Source: a virus. From it: 64,000 bases of DNA. Location: positions 31,739 through 95,738 of IMG/VR virus record IMGVR_UViG_3300032356_000182, one strand, 5' to 3'. Made by a program: the position numbers and the translations under genes. The notes below the pieces were generated by a model. The model was given only the letters and a program-made list of their open reading frames with translations, did not search any database and was not told the origin of the DNA. Shown one piece after another: positions 9,646-18,396 of the stretch (the stretch's first letter is position 1; each line of letters begins with the position of its first letter).

Positions 9646-10287
9646 ATGATTGATAATCCGTTAGTTTTGGCATTGAAGACATCTAAAGGCTATACTGAAG
9701 AGTATGATGACTCTTGGACGATTCCGTTTCTGGAAAACTATATGGAATATCCAGCTATACAGACTTTTTTGAACAAAGTTCTAAATGGCCCGTGGATGTC
9801 ACAGGCTGATGAAATGAGGGCTGAGGTTCCAGCATTGACTATTTACGAAGAAGATGAAAAGCTGTTTTCTTATTTTCTAAATACAGCAAGGGCTTTGGAA
9901 AGTGTTCTGGAAAGTGAATTTGCTGATGTTCCTCCTGATATTGAAAAATTCTACATTCTGACACCGAAAACAGAAGATTTTCGGCAGGTTATGAAGATAT
10001 CAGGTTTTACGCCTAAACTTCTCGAATCTGTTAAGTTCGATGTATGGGGATTTTATATAGCGTACCCTTCTTTGCCAGATGCTCTGGAAAATTTGGAAGA
10101 CCCTGCTGATGATATGATTGCTTTTGAACTTTCAGAATTGAACAGAGCTTTTCCACTGTATGGTGGATATTTGACTGAACTTCGTCAAACTTATGTTGTT
10201 GAAGATGCTTATGAAGATTCTGGTGGATTGATTGTTTTGGCGGTGAAAAGATTAGATAATGCTCTCAACAACTTTACGAGTAGATAG
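9646..10287 (+). CDS. Acidic hypothetical protein (candidate immunity/partner of the upstream ART; small terminase not excluded)
   Basis: Starts 3 bp after polyprotein 2 and overlaps the terL ORF; no HTH recognised. Confidence 0.6.
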   Translation: MIDNPLVLALKTSKGYTEEYDDSWTIPFLENYMEYPAIQTFLNKVLNGPWMSQADEMRAEVPALTIYEEDEKLFSYFLNTARALESVLESEFADVPPDIEKFYILTPKTEDFRQVMKISGFTPKLLESVKFDVWGFYIAYPSLPDALENLEDPADDMIAFELSELNRAFPLYGGYLTELRQTYVVEDAYEDSGGLIVLAVKRLDNALNNFTSR

Positions 10288-12031
10288 TATAGCTGATACT
10301 CTACTTCAGCTCTATGGCAGAGAGGAAGTTAAGAAGGTTCTATCTCCTATATCTGTTCTCGACTGGGCAAAGACCTATCGGAGGATAGGCGGTCAGCCTT
10401 TCAGTTTAGATGAATACCCATGCTTAGAGAAGATTTATGAAGATAAGCATCCCTTCAAGGTAATTCAAAAACCAGCTCAGGTTGGTGTATCCGAATATCT
10501 TATCAATCTAGCTGTTCACGCTATGGATTGTGGAGTATCTTACTACAATTTGAAGAAGGCCAGATTGAATGTTGGATATATTTTTCCAACACATTCCTCT
10601 CTGGCGGAATTTGCTAAGGAACGCCTACTGGCTGGAATTTTTGAAGAATCTGATTACTTAGGCGGCATTGTTAGAGCACGAGAAACTGGAAAGTCGAAGA
10701 TGTCAATCCGATCTTCTTCAGTATTCTACAGAATTAAAGAGTCGTTTTTTCATCTTCGTGGAGCTTGGAATCCAAGCGTGTCGCTAAAATCTTTTCCAGT
10801 TGACTTATTGATAATTGATGAGCTGGACGAATGTCCTGATAGAGCAGTTGCTCTAGCTGAGAAACGACTTCGTGCTTCTGACTTGCGCTATCGAGTTTAT
10901 GTCTCTACTCCTACATATCCAGGTAGAGGCATTAGCTATTATTATTCTTTATCAGATCAGCATATCTGGGAGATAAGATGTCCTAATTGTGGACTATGGC
11001 AGGAGCCAGATTTTTTCAATAATGTGTTTTTGCGAGAAGATGATCAGTTTCATCCTTATTCGGTTTGGAAATCAATAGCAGCGAACAACATAACCGATAA
11101 AGAGTTTGTGTTCGCTTGCAGAGCGTGCTTTTTTCGACTAAATAAGTTAGCAAAAGGTCGCTGGAGAGCGCAAAACCCGGGAAGCTATATTAGAGGTTAC
11201 AGAATACCGGGGCTTGTTTCACCTAAAGTTCCATTGATTGAGCTTGTTAGAAACTCTCTGCTTATGCGGCCTGCTGAAATTCAAGAGTTTTGGAATTCGG
11301 ATTTAGGCTTGCCTTTTGCACCAAGCGGTGGATCTCTTAATGAGAGTGTCCTGAGTTCTTGTGAATTGAAAGGTATCAGGGAGTTTAAGGATCCTAATCA
11401 TGTTGAATACTCTGTAGCTGGAGTTGATGTTGGTGCAAAGTTGCATCTAACTATTGAGTCTCCAAGAGATGATGGAAGATGGGAGACAGTCTATATGGCT
11501 GAGTTAGATGATTTTGAAGAGCTGGATTTGCTATTTCATCAGTTCAAAATCAGAAGCTTGGTCGTTGATGCCTATCCTGAGACTCGAGAGGCGAAGCGTT
11601 TGGCTGAGAGATTCAGAGGTTTAGTTTGGCTAGGTAGATATCCGAATATGACTAGCTTAGAGACTGCAGTATTCCGGGATGACAACGATGAGAGAGTTCC
11701 TCTGGTAGATATTGCTAGGACTCAAGCTATGGATGAGGTTACTGTGGACATCATTCAGCAGAAGAGTTGCTGGCCAGAAGGTACGAGATATCAATTTGCT
11801 GACTTCTATTCTCAGCTATGCGCTCCTGTTAAAACTAAAGTTGAGTCAACTAGATCGGATGGTTCTGTTATTGAAAAATACTCGTATGTAGAAAGTGGCC
11901 CTGATCACTGGTTTCATTCTAGAGTTTATTCATATATCGCTAGGAAACGGGTAGCTGGGTGGACTCCTACTGAAGATGCTGATTCTCTAGTTGGAAAGGA
12001 TGAGGTATCAATCTTCGGAGTTGAGTTCTAA
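10259..12031 (+). CDS. terL: Terminase large subunit (lambda GpA family)
   Basis: Walker A KPAQVGVSE, Walker B LIIDELDE, coupling motif VSTPT, CPNC/CRAC zinc motif, nuclease GVDVG and C-terminal DHW. Confidence 0.92.
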   Translation: MLSTTLRVDSIADTLLQLYGREEVKKVLSPISVLDWAKTYRRIGGQPFSLDEYPCLEKIYEDKHPFKVIQKPAQVGVSEYLINLAVHAMDCGVSYYNLKKARLNVGYIFPTHSSLAEFAKERLLAGIFEESDYLGGIVRARETGKSKMSIRSSSVFYRIKESFFHLRGAWNPSVSLKSFPVDLLIIDELDECPDRAVALAEKRLRASDLRYRVYVSTPTYPGRGISYYYSLSDQHIWEIRCPNCGLWQEPDFFNNVFLREDDQFHPYSVWKSIAANNITDKEFVFACRACFFRLNKLAKGRWRAQNPGSYIRGYRIPGLVSPKVPLIELVRNSLLMRPAEIQEFWNSDLGLPFAPSGGSLNESVLSSCELKGIREFKDPNHVEYSVAGVDVGAKLHLTIESPRDDGRWETVYMAELDDFEELDLLFHQFKIRSLVVDAYPETREAKRLAERFRGLVWLGRYPNMTSLETAVFRDDNDERVPLVDIARTQAMDEVTVDIIQQKSCWPEGTRYQFADFYSQLCAPVKTKVESTRSDGSVIEKYSYVESGPDHWFHSRVYSYIARKRVAGWTPTEDADSLVGKDEVSIFGVEF

Positions 12032-12185
12032 GAGGATTGAAAAGACTAGTGATTTTTATTTTGAGGGATCTTAACTTATAATAAAGACAGCTTGGTGAGG
12101 TTTTGCGTTGAGGCTTTTGGTAAAAACCAGATGCGAAAAACTATCGATTTTTGTCTATTTGAATTTTTTGAGGAGAGGCTAAAAT

Positions 12186-13661
12186 TTGAATGGACTAGAT
12201 TTAAGTGCGGCCTTAGCTTCAAAAATTTCAGAAAAGTTAACTCAACGTCTCGGCGGCCCTGGTTCTGGTCATCACGGCCATGCTGGCCGACCCGGTAAAC
12301 GTGGTGGATCGGCTCCTTCTAGAAAAGGGATTGGAGCAGCAGAGAGCATGGAGAGTGAGAGCAGCTCAATTGGTGATCTCTATGCTCATGCATCAGAGAG
12401 AGCGAAGGAGCTGGCGAGGAAGACCGGTTTGCTTGCCTTAGATTCTGCTGCTGAGGCTTATCTAGCTAAGATTTCAGAGTTTTCTGAGAAGAAAGTTTCT
12501 GTAAAGTCTTTCTTAGAGGCGGTACGCTCTGAAGAAAAGTTTTATTCTATATGTGGTAAAACGTCCGAGGATGATTTTACAGAGGAAGATGATTCTCGTC
12601 TGTTTAATTACTTTCGGAATTGGGTTGAAAATGAATATCTGCGAGCGCGACTCAATGTGGCTATGTCTGAAGATGAAAGACTTGTTTTTGATAAGCTAGT
12701 TGACGCATATACTGATGTTTCTGATGATGGAGACTGGGAGTCTGTCTATGACTATAGTTTTTATGCAGGCGCGGAAGCTGAAAAATATTTTAAGAAGATG
12801 GATCCGAATGAGAAAAAACTTCTTCGCAACGTTTTCAGAAAAATAGCGATTGATGAGATGTATAGACACGTTATTGAAAATTTTGGATTTTACAACATAG
12901 ACTTTGATAGAGAATTGGAATCTAATATTGGATTTAATTATTCAAACGAGACTATACTTTATGATGCTATAGTGTATAATCCGATTAGGCCTAATGAGAA
13001 ATATGATGCGTACTTCTCGAGACTAGCGTCAGTGTTGCTAGATGATGGCTTTCTTAGCGAGTATGATGAGTTTCCGATTAAAAAAATGAAGACGATTTCT
13101 TCGGTTAGTTCTGAAGAGCGATCAGCTGTTGAGAAGGATATCTTCAGTTCCTGGGATAAGACAAATCACAGCAGTTTTTCTGTCAAAGTTCTTGGAGTTT
13201 ACCGAATTGGTTCTCCTTCGCAGAATGTGGTTGAAACTCAGAAAGCTCTTGGGAATATCCGATCGGGTTTTTATCACGGCACTTCAATTAGACGTGCTCT
13301 CAATATTGCAGGTGGTGGATTCCGATTGGTGAGCAAACCCAAGACAGGACAGATGCTCGGGCCAGGGATATATCTTACTGATACTTCGTCTAAAAGTGTG
13401 CAGTATGTTGGAGAGGTTTACTCTCGCGACTCGGATAGAGGCGTATTGCTAAGAGTTAGCGCAGCGCTAGGCAAGGTAGCCAAGGTAACGAATCTTTCCT
13501 CATTTCAACAGCTGCCTGATGGTGACACTTATTTTGCTGCAAAGGGCGAGAGGTATGAAGACTTCTTTCTGAAGAACTCTGAGTGGTGTGTAAAGAATCC
13601 AGACGCAATTTCTGTTGAATATTGGATTGATATGCAAAAGACTCGGAGTGCAAGAAAATAA
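12186..13661 (+). CDS. Tagged PARP-like (H-Y-E) ADP-ribosyltransferase
   Basis: Tag at 12249; FYHGT, MLGPGIYLTDTSSKSVQY and KNSEWCV match PARP catalytic motifs. Confidence 0.85.
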   Translation: MNGLDLSAALASKISEKLTQRLGGPGSGHHGHAGRPGKRGGSAPSRKGIGAAESMESESSSIGDLYAHASERAKELARKTGLLALDSAAEAYLAKISEFSEKKVSVKSFLEAVRSEEKFYSICGKTSEDDFTEEDDSRLFNYFRNWVENEYLRARLNVAMSEDERLVFDKLVDAYTDVSDDGDWESVYDYSFYAGAEAEKYFKKMDPNEKKLLRNVFRKIAIDEMYRHVIENFGFYNIDFDRELESNIGFNYSNETILYDAIVYNPIRPNEKYDAYFSRLASVLLDDGFLSEYDEFPIKKMKTISSVSSEERSAVEKDIFSSWDKTNHSSFSVKVLGVYRIGSPSQNVVETQKALGNIRSGFYHGTSIRRALNIAGGGFRLVSKPKTGQMLGPGIYLTDTSSKSVQYVGEVYSRDSDRGVLLRVSAALGKVAKVTNLSSFQQLPDGDTYFAAKGERYEDFFLKNSEWCVKNPDAISVEYWIDMQKTRSARK

Positions 13662-13704
13662 TGGTTTTTAAGCTATCTTGTTAGCAAAAAGGAGATAGAA
13701 TAAG

Positions 13705-14007
13705 GTGTCAAAGAAATCTTTGAGATTGGCTAGAATACTACGGAAGCTGCAGGATAGGAGGCTAAGAAAAGTGAAGACAAATCATGTTCAAGATGGCAGT
13801 AGGCCGATTTATTGTCATCGCCGACGGGAAATTCAGGATTTCTTGTCTAAAGAATTCTTTGAAGATAACTGTTTGTCCGGCTGTCCCTTCTTTGAAGGTA
13901 CTTATCAAGGGCAAGGCATTGAATGCAAATATTATGATGGTTCAAATAATCCGATTGAGCTGGTTAGAGATGCTAAAGAGCTAGCTGATAGATCGTCTAA
14001 TCTTTGA
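13705..14007 (+). CDS. Small Cys-containing protein with basic N-terminal helix
   Basis: AAGGAG RBS; RLARILRKL; CLSGCPFF..QGQGIEC. Confidence 0.65.
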   Translation: MSKKSLRLARILRKLQDRRLRKVKTNHVQDGSRPIYCHRRREIQDFLSKEFFEDNCLSGCPFFEGTYQGQGIECKYYDGSNNPIELVRDAKELADRSSNL

Positions 14008-14030
14008 CAGATTTTTAGAAGGAGAGCTGC

Positions 14031-14777
14031 ATGATAACCAGATTTGGTTTGAGTGATGCTTTAGCTTCAAAAATTTCAGAAAAGTTAACTCAACGTCTCG
14101 GCGGCCCTGGTTCTGGTCATCACGGCCATGCTGGCCGACCCGGTAAACGTGGAGGATCTGCTAAGACAAAGGTGGCAGTTTCGGCAGCTAAAGCTTCTGG
14201 TGGATTTAAGCTAAAACCAAGTCTTATTCCGCTTGCTAGAACTTCTCTGCATTATGATACTTTTGAAGATTTTGAGAGAGACTACACCACAAACAACTTT
14301 CACGGGACTTATGTTCATCTGACTAATGATGCTGATTTCAGGGTTGATCCAAACAGAGCTCCTAGAGATGCATCTTCTATGTCCATCGGCTCGAGCTCTT
14401 ATCCAGGTTTGATGGTGACAACTGATCCTGAAAATTGGGATTTTGTGCTTAGTGGAAAAGGCACTGTTTCACCAAAAGACGCTGCTAAATTTAGAAGAAA
14501 GTATATGGCAATTATTGATTTGTCTTATCTGGTTCCTGGTAAAGATTATATAAGTGTAGCTAGAGGCTTCGGGCATGAAATTTTTGTCAGAGACAATCTT
14601 GATAAAGTTAAGGTTTTGAAAGTTGTTCCTATTGATAGAGGAATTCGGCAATGGAATTATCGGTATAACAGAGTAATGCCAAACAGTTCTAGAGATCTGC
14701 GAGATATCTATAACTGGGCAAGAGAAAACAAAGATAGACTATTGTTAGATAAAATAAAATCTAAGGAGGAAAGATGA
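14031..14777 (+). CDS. Tagged effector, putative His-type ART-fold domain
   Basis: Tag at 14097; YVHLT...GLMVTTD...HEIFV spacing resembles ART strands 1, 2 and 5. Confidence 0.6.
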   Translation: MITRFGLSDALASKISEKLTQRLGGPGSGHHGHAGRPGKRGGSAKTKVAVSAAKASGGFKLKPSLIPLARTSLHYDTFEDFERDYTTNNFHGTYVHLTNDADFRVDPNRAPRDASSMSIGSSSYPGLMVTTDPENWDFVLSGKGTVSPKDAAKFRRKYMAIIDLSYLVPGKDYISVARGFGHEIFVRDNLDKVKVLKVVPIDRGIRQWNYRYNRVMPNSSRDLRDIYNWARENKDRLLLDKIKSKEER

Positions 14778-14980
14778 GTACTTGCCAAAGGGAGCATACA
14801 GATTTTCAGCCGGATGTTTGGACTTGCCCGACTTGTGGAGAGGTTGATGATTTTGTTAATCAAGGCAGCTTTGAAGGGGAAGATTGTCCTAGGCTTCATG
14901 TGGATGATATTATCATCTGCTATTCTTGTGGCGGAGATTGGACAGGACAAGAATTAGCTGAAGTTATGGCAGAGACGTAG
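14774..14980 (+). CDS. Small zinc-ribbon protein
   Basis: CPTC...CYSC; GGAGG RBS. Confidence 0.65.
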   Translation: MSTCQREHTDFQPDVWTCPTCGEVDDFVNQGSFEGEDCPRLHVDDIIICYSCGGDWTGQELAEVMAET

Positions 14981-14981
14981 A

Positions 14982-15203
14982 ATGGAGAAAGGTTGGTATT
15001 ATTGTTTGCCTTGTCCAAAATGTGGACAATCTTTTGTTATCGGGCTGATTACTCTCGGGGGATTATCTATCTCTGCGAGATGTGATAGGTGTAGCTTTGA
15101 AGGTTCTTATGTTGCTTATGGGAATATGGCTGTTACTCTGTATTTGAGGAGTGGGATGCCAACTGATGATTTACTGCTATCTAAAGGAATTTTGAAAAGT
15201 TAA
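14982..15203 (+). CDS. Small zinc-ribbon protein
   Basis: CPKC...CDRC. Confidence 0.6.
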   Translation: MEKGWYYCLPCPKCGQSFVIGLITLGGLSISARCDRCSFEGSYVAYGNMAVTLYLRSGMPTDDLLLSKGILKS

Positions 15204-15272
15204 CGACAAAAGTTGTAGAGGATTTACTTTTTGATAGAATTTTCTCTTATTAAATATCGGGAGGATAGTTAT

Positions 15273-16280
15273 ATGTATACAAATTCAAAGCTAGATTATT
15301 CGGATAGAAGAGAGGCCAAGAGACTTGGCGGCCCCGGTTCTGGTCATCACGGCCATGCTGGCCGCCCAGGCAAAAGAGGAGGTTCTGCTCCTCGTTCTTC
15401 TGGAGGGTATCGAGATCTTTCATTTCGAGAGATTGAGCCAGGCGAAAATCCATTAGCTTATGATGAGAAAGAGCTGCGTCATAGTAATGAAGCTATGCTA
15501 CAGTTGATTTCAGATAGCGGCAGTCGAAAATTTCATAATCAGGTTGCTGAATGGGAAGGCTTTGATCCGGACGTATCTGATAGGCGCTGGAAAGAGAGGG
15601 AGGCTCTCATTAGTTGGAGATCTTCTGGTTATCACTATATCAATAAATACCTGAGAGGAGAACTAGACGAAAGTTCTCTCAGTTCTTACAGATCGATAAG
15701 AGATATTAAAAGAGATATCAGAAATCTTGATCTTGCTTTTAATGAGGCTCCGAGACTTCCTTATGGCATAGTTGTTAGAAGAGGGCTTGACCCGGAATCT
15801 GAGGCGGCTAAGAAAATTTTGAGTACAGATCCGAAAGATTTAATCGGGAAAGTTTTTCAAGCGAAGGCATTTATCAGCACCTCTATCAGTAAATCTGTAG
15901 CAAAGCTCTACGCTACGCCAAGTCATAAGAAAGGTGAAATTCCGAATATCGTTACTTTTACCATCAAAGTGCCGGCAGGTGAGAAATTCATCGCTATACC
16001 TGGAGCGCAATCTGAGATTCTCCTAAATAGAAATCTAAGTTTTGAGGTAGAGGATTTTTCAATCGTACCAGCAAGAGACGTCATAGAGCATAACTTTGTG
16101 CTAAAGGTTGCCCAAAAATTAGATATTCAGCTCTCCGAAGATGATCCTTTTGCGAAATCAAAGGCGATGAAATTGGCAGATGCTATTGTTAAACTGCTAG
16201 TGAAAAAGTTAGGAGGTCCTGGTTCAGGATTTCATGGTCATGCTGGCCGACCCGGTAAGCGTGGCGGCTCTGCTCCGTGA
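15273..16280 (+). CDS. Tagged R-S-E ART (QxE variant) ending in a second, empty tag
   Basis: ATG 15273 with GGAGGA RBS; tags at 15324 and 16209; IVVRRG/FISTS/QSEILL. Confidence 0.85.
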   Translation: MYTNSKLDYSDRREAKRLGGPGSGHHGHAGRPGKRGGSAPRSSGGYRDLSFREIEPGENPLAYDEKELRHSNEAMLQLISDSGSRKFHNQVAEWEGFDPDVSDRRWKEREALISWRSSGYHYINKYLRGELDESSLSSYRSIRDIKRDIRNLDLAFNEAPRLPYGIVVRRGLDPESEAAKKILSTDPKDLIGKVFQAKAFISTSISKSVAKLYATPSHKKGEIPNIVTFTIKVPAGEKFIAIPGAQSEILLNRNLSFEVEDFSIVPARDVIEHNFVLKVAQKLDIQLSEDDPFAKSKAMKLADAIVKLLVKKLGGPGSGFHGHAGRPGKRGGSAP

Positions 16281-16444
16281 AAAGAGATTTCAGCTGAGAA
16301 GACTCCTGCAGCTAGTTCTCAGACCCGAGAGATAAAAACTCTCCCTCCTCCAGAATTTATCAAAAAAAACCTGAGCAGAGGTCTTGGAACACTCGAGAGC
16401 CCTCACTAAGGCTGGAGAGAGCTGAGGAAGCGAAAAAGGAAACT

Positions 16445-16837
16445 GTGATTATAGGCCGAGATCGCTCTGGAGCTCCTATTTCATTCGCTGTTCCGGGCTC
16501 TAAGGGAAAGATGTACGTGGTAGATTTGATCAGGAAATCTGAAGGGATTTATGCTAATTGTCAAGTTGCATCTTGGGGCAAGGATGCTCCGAAAGATGAT
16601 CCATGGTGTCCTGGAAGCCGAGAAAGAAATGGACAAGCTACGATATGCTATCATACGATGGCTGCAGTTAACAAGGCATTTGAGGAATCTGGCTATACAG
16701 TTTCTTGGCATCGAACGAAAAGAGATGCTGGTACATTGAAGAGGAAAAAGTCAGGAAAGTCGTTCGTTCTTCCGATTTTTCCTTATGAGTGGGCAAAAAT
16801 TCCGGGGGCGTATTTGCTTGTTTCAGAAAAGAAATAA
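16445..16837 (+). CDS. SWIM-type zinc-finger-like protein
   Basis: FAVPGSKGKMYVVDL...C...CPG...CYHTMAA resembles SWIM C..C..CxH. Confidence 0.55.
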   Translation: MIIGRDRSGAPISFAVPGSKGKMYVVDLIRKSEGIYANCQVASWGKDAPKDDPWCPGSRERNGQATICYHTMAAVNKAFEESGYTVSWHRTKRDAGTLKRKKSGKSFVLPIFPYEWAKIPGAYLLVSEKK

Positions 16838-16853
16838 AGAAAAGGATTGAGAT

Positions 16854-18344
16854 ATGGCAGTAAAACCAGCGAGACCTGATTTAACCGAAATCGGTGTAAC
16901 CGGCACGCCTATCTGGTCAGGCCAGATATTTCCAGATGATAATGCTTTGTTTAATGATATTCCTACCGCTATGGAAATCTATAGGAAGATGCGCAATGAT
17001 AGCACTCTAAAAGCTTGCTTTCTCGTCAAGAGTTTGCCTATCAAGGCAACTAGATGGTGGGTAGAACCTGCTGATGAGAGTCCTGAAGCAGCGGATGTGG
17101 CTAACCAGATTGAAGAAAATCTTCTTAGAGGCATGACTGTAAATTGGACTAGAATTCTTCATGAGATATGCTTAAAGTTTATCTATGGCTTTAGCATTTT
17201 TGAAAAAGTTTGGGAGGAAGATGGCGAAGGAAGAATTAAGCTAAGAAAATTAGCTATACGCCAAGCTGAAACTTTAAGCAGGTGGAATTTTGATGATAGC
17301 GGGGGGCCGAAAGAGATGGTTCAGATGGCTTTTTCCCCCAACAAAGGCATGGAGACATTCGTTATCCCTATTGAGAAACTAGTTGTGTTTGTTAATAATC
17401 AAGAAGGTTCTAATCTACTGGGCAGATCTGATTTTAGAGAGTGCTATAGAGAATGGTGGACGAAGGACAGATTGATGCGTCTTGAATTGATAGATGTTGA
17501 GCGTGATTCTATCGGAGTTCCGGTCATAGGCCTTCCAGAAGGTGCAAGCAAGGCTGATCAAGCAGTTGCTAAGAGCATTGTTACGTCAATCAGAAAAGAT
17601 GAGGGTGGTGGGGTAGTTATTCCTCAGAGATGGCAGTATGGGTCTTGGCCAGCTGGCGGAACTAATCGAGTAAATTCTTCAGAAATTATCAGAAGATATG
17701 ACAGACAGATGTTAGTTTCTTGGCTAGCTCAGTTTATTGATTTGGGTTCCGGTGAAGTGGGCTCTTACGCTTTGTCTGAAGATCAGACAAATTTCTTCTT
17801 GATGTCTCTAGAAGCTGAAGCAAACTATATAGAAGATTGTTTCAATCGTTATGTGATTCCTCAGATGTGTGATTATGGAGGATATGCTCTGTCAAAGAGC
17901 GGAAAGTATCCGAGGCTTCGTCATCGAGATATCGGAAGATTTGATGCGAAGGCTTTTGCTGATATCTTGAATTCACTTCTGCAGGGCGGCTGGATTACAG
18001 CTAGAGGAAAGCTGGATGAAGAATTTTTGCGAAAGAAGCTTTTCTTACCGGAACCTGAGAGCTACGAACAGCCTCAGCCTTCTGTGGAAGCGAATATTTC
18101 AGAAGAGCAACCCGAAGAGGAAAATCCCAGCGCGATGATAGAGAAAGAAACACCGAAAAGATTTGGAACGTCAAAAATTATCAAAATCACTCCTGATCTT
18201 AGCGATGGTCAAGAAAATGAGAGCGAATATCTAGCTGGACTTCGTGCCAAGCTTATTCGTACTTTTGAGGAATCCTCTAAAGCTAGAAAAAGTGCGTTAG
18301 AAAATCTTGAGGACAGCGAGTGGGAACGATATGAAAACAGCTAG
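16854..18344 (+). CDS. Portal protein (DUF935 / Mu gp29-like)
   Basis: YRKMRNDS, YGFSIFEKVW, ERDSIGVPV, GSYALSEDQ motifs; 496 aa; position in head module. Confidence 0.9.
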   Translation: MAVKPARPDLTEIGVTGTPIWSGQIFPDDNALFNDIPTAMEIYRKMRNDSTLKACFLVKSLPIKATRWWVEPADESPEAADVANQIEENLLRGMTVNWTRILHEICLKFIYGFSIFEKVWEEDGEGRIKLRKLAIRQAETLSRWNFDDSGGPKEMVQMAFSPNKGMETFVIPIEKLVVFVNNQEGSNLLGRSDFRECYREWWTKDRLMRLELIDVERDSIGVPVIGLPEGASKADQAVAKSIVTSIRKDEGGGVVIPQRWQYGSWPAGGTNRVNSSEIIRRYDRQMLVSWLAQFIDLGSGEVGSYALSEDQTNFFLMSLEAEANYIEDCFNRYVIPQMCDYGGYALSKSGKYPRLRHRDIGRFDAKAFADILNSLLQGGWITARGKLDEEFLRKKLFLPEPESYEQPQPSVEANISEEQPEEENPSAMIEKETPKRFGTSKIIKITPDLSDGQENESEYLAGLRAKLIRTFEESSKARKSALENLEDSEWERYENS

Positions 18345-18396
18345 CTTGGCTACTTTCTATCTGTTTAGCAGGTAAGTCCGTACAGGGGAATACGAT

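Noticed and set aside
12092-12298. Alternative-frame ORFs overlapping tag copies (also 7052, 19623, 15250, 21674)
   Set aside because: Shadow frames of the GC-rich tag inside longer, motif-bearing genes
16278-16280. Genome-wide TGA or TAG recoding
   Set aside because: Core genes are intact under code 11 and use TGA, TAG and TAA as ordinary stops, often in coupled overlaps
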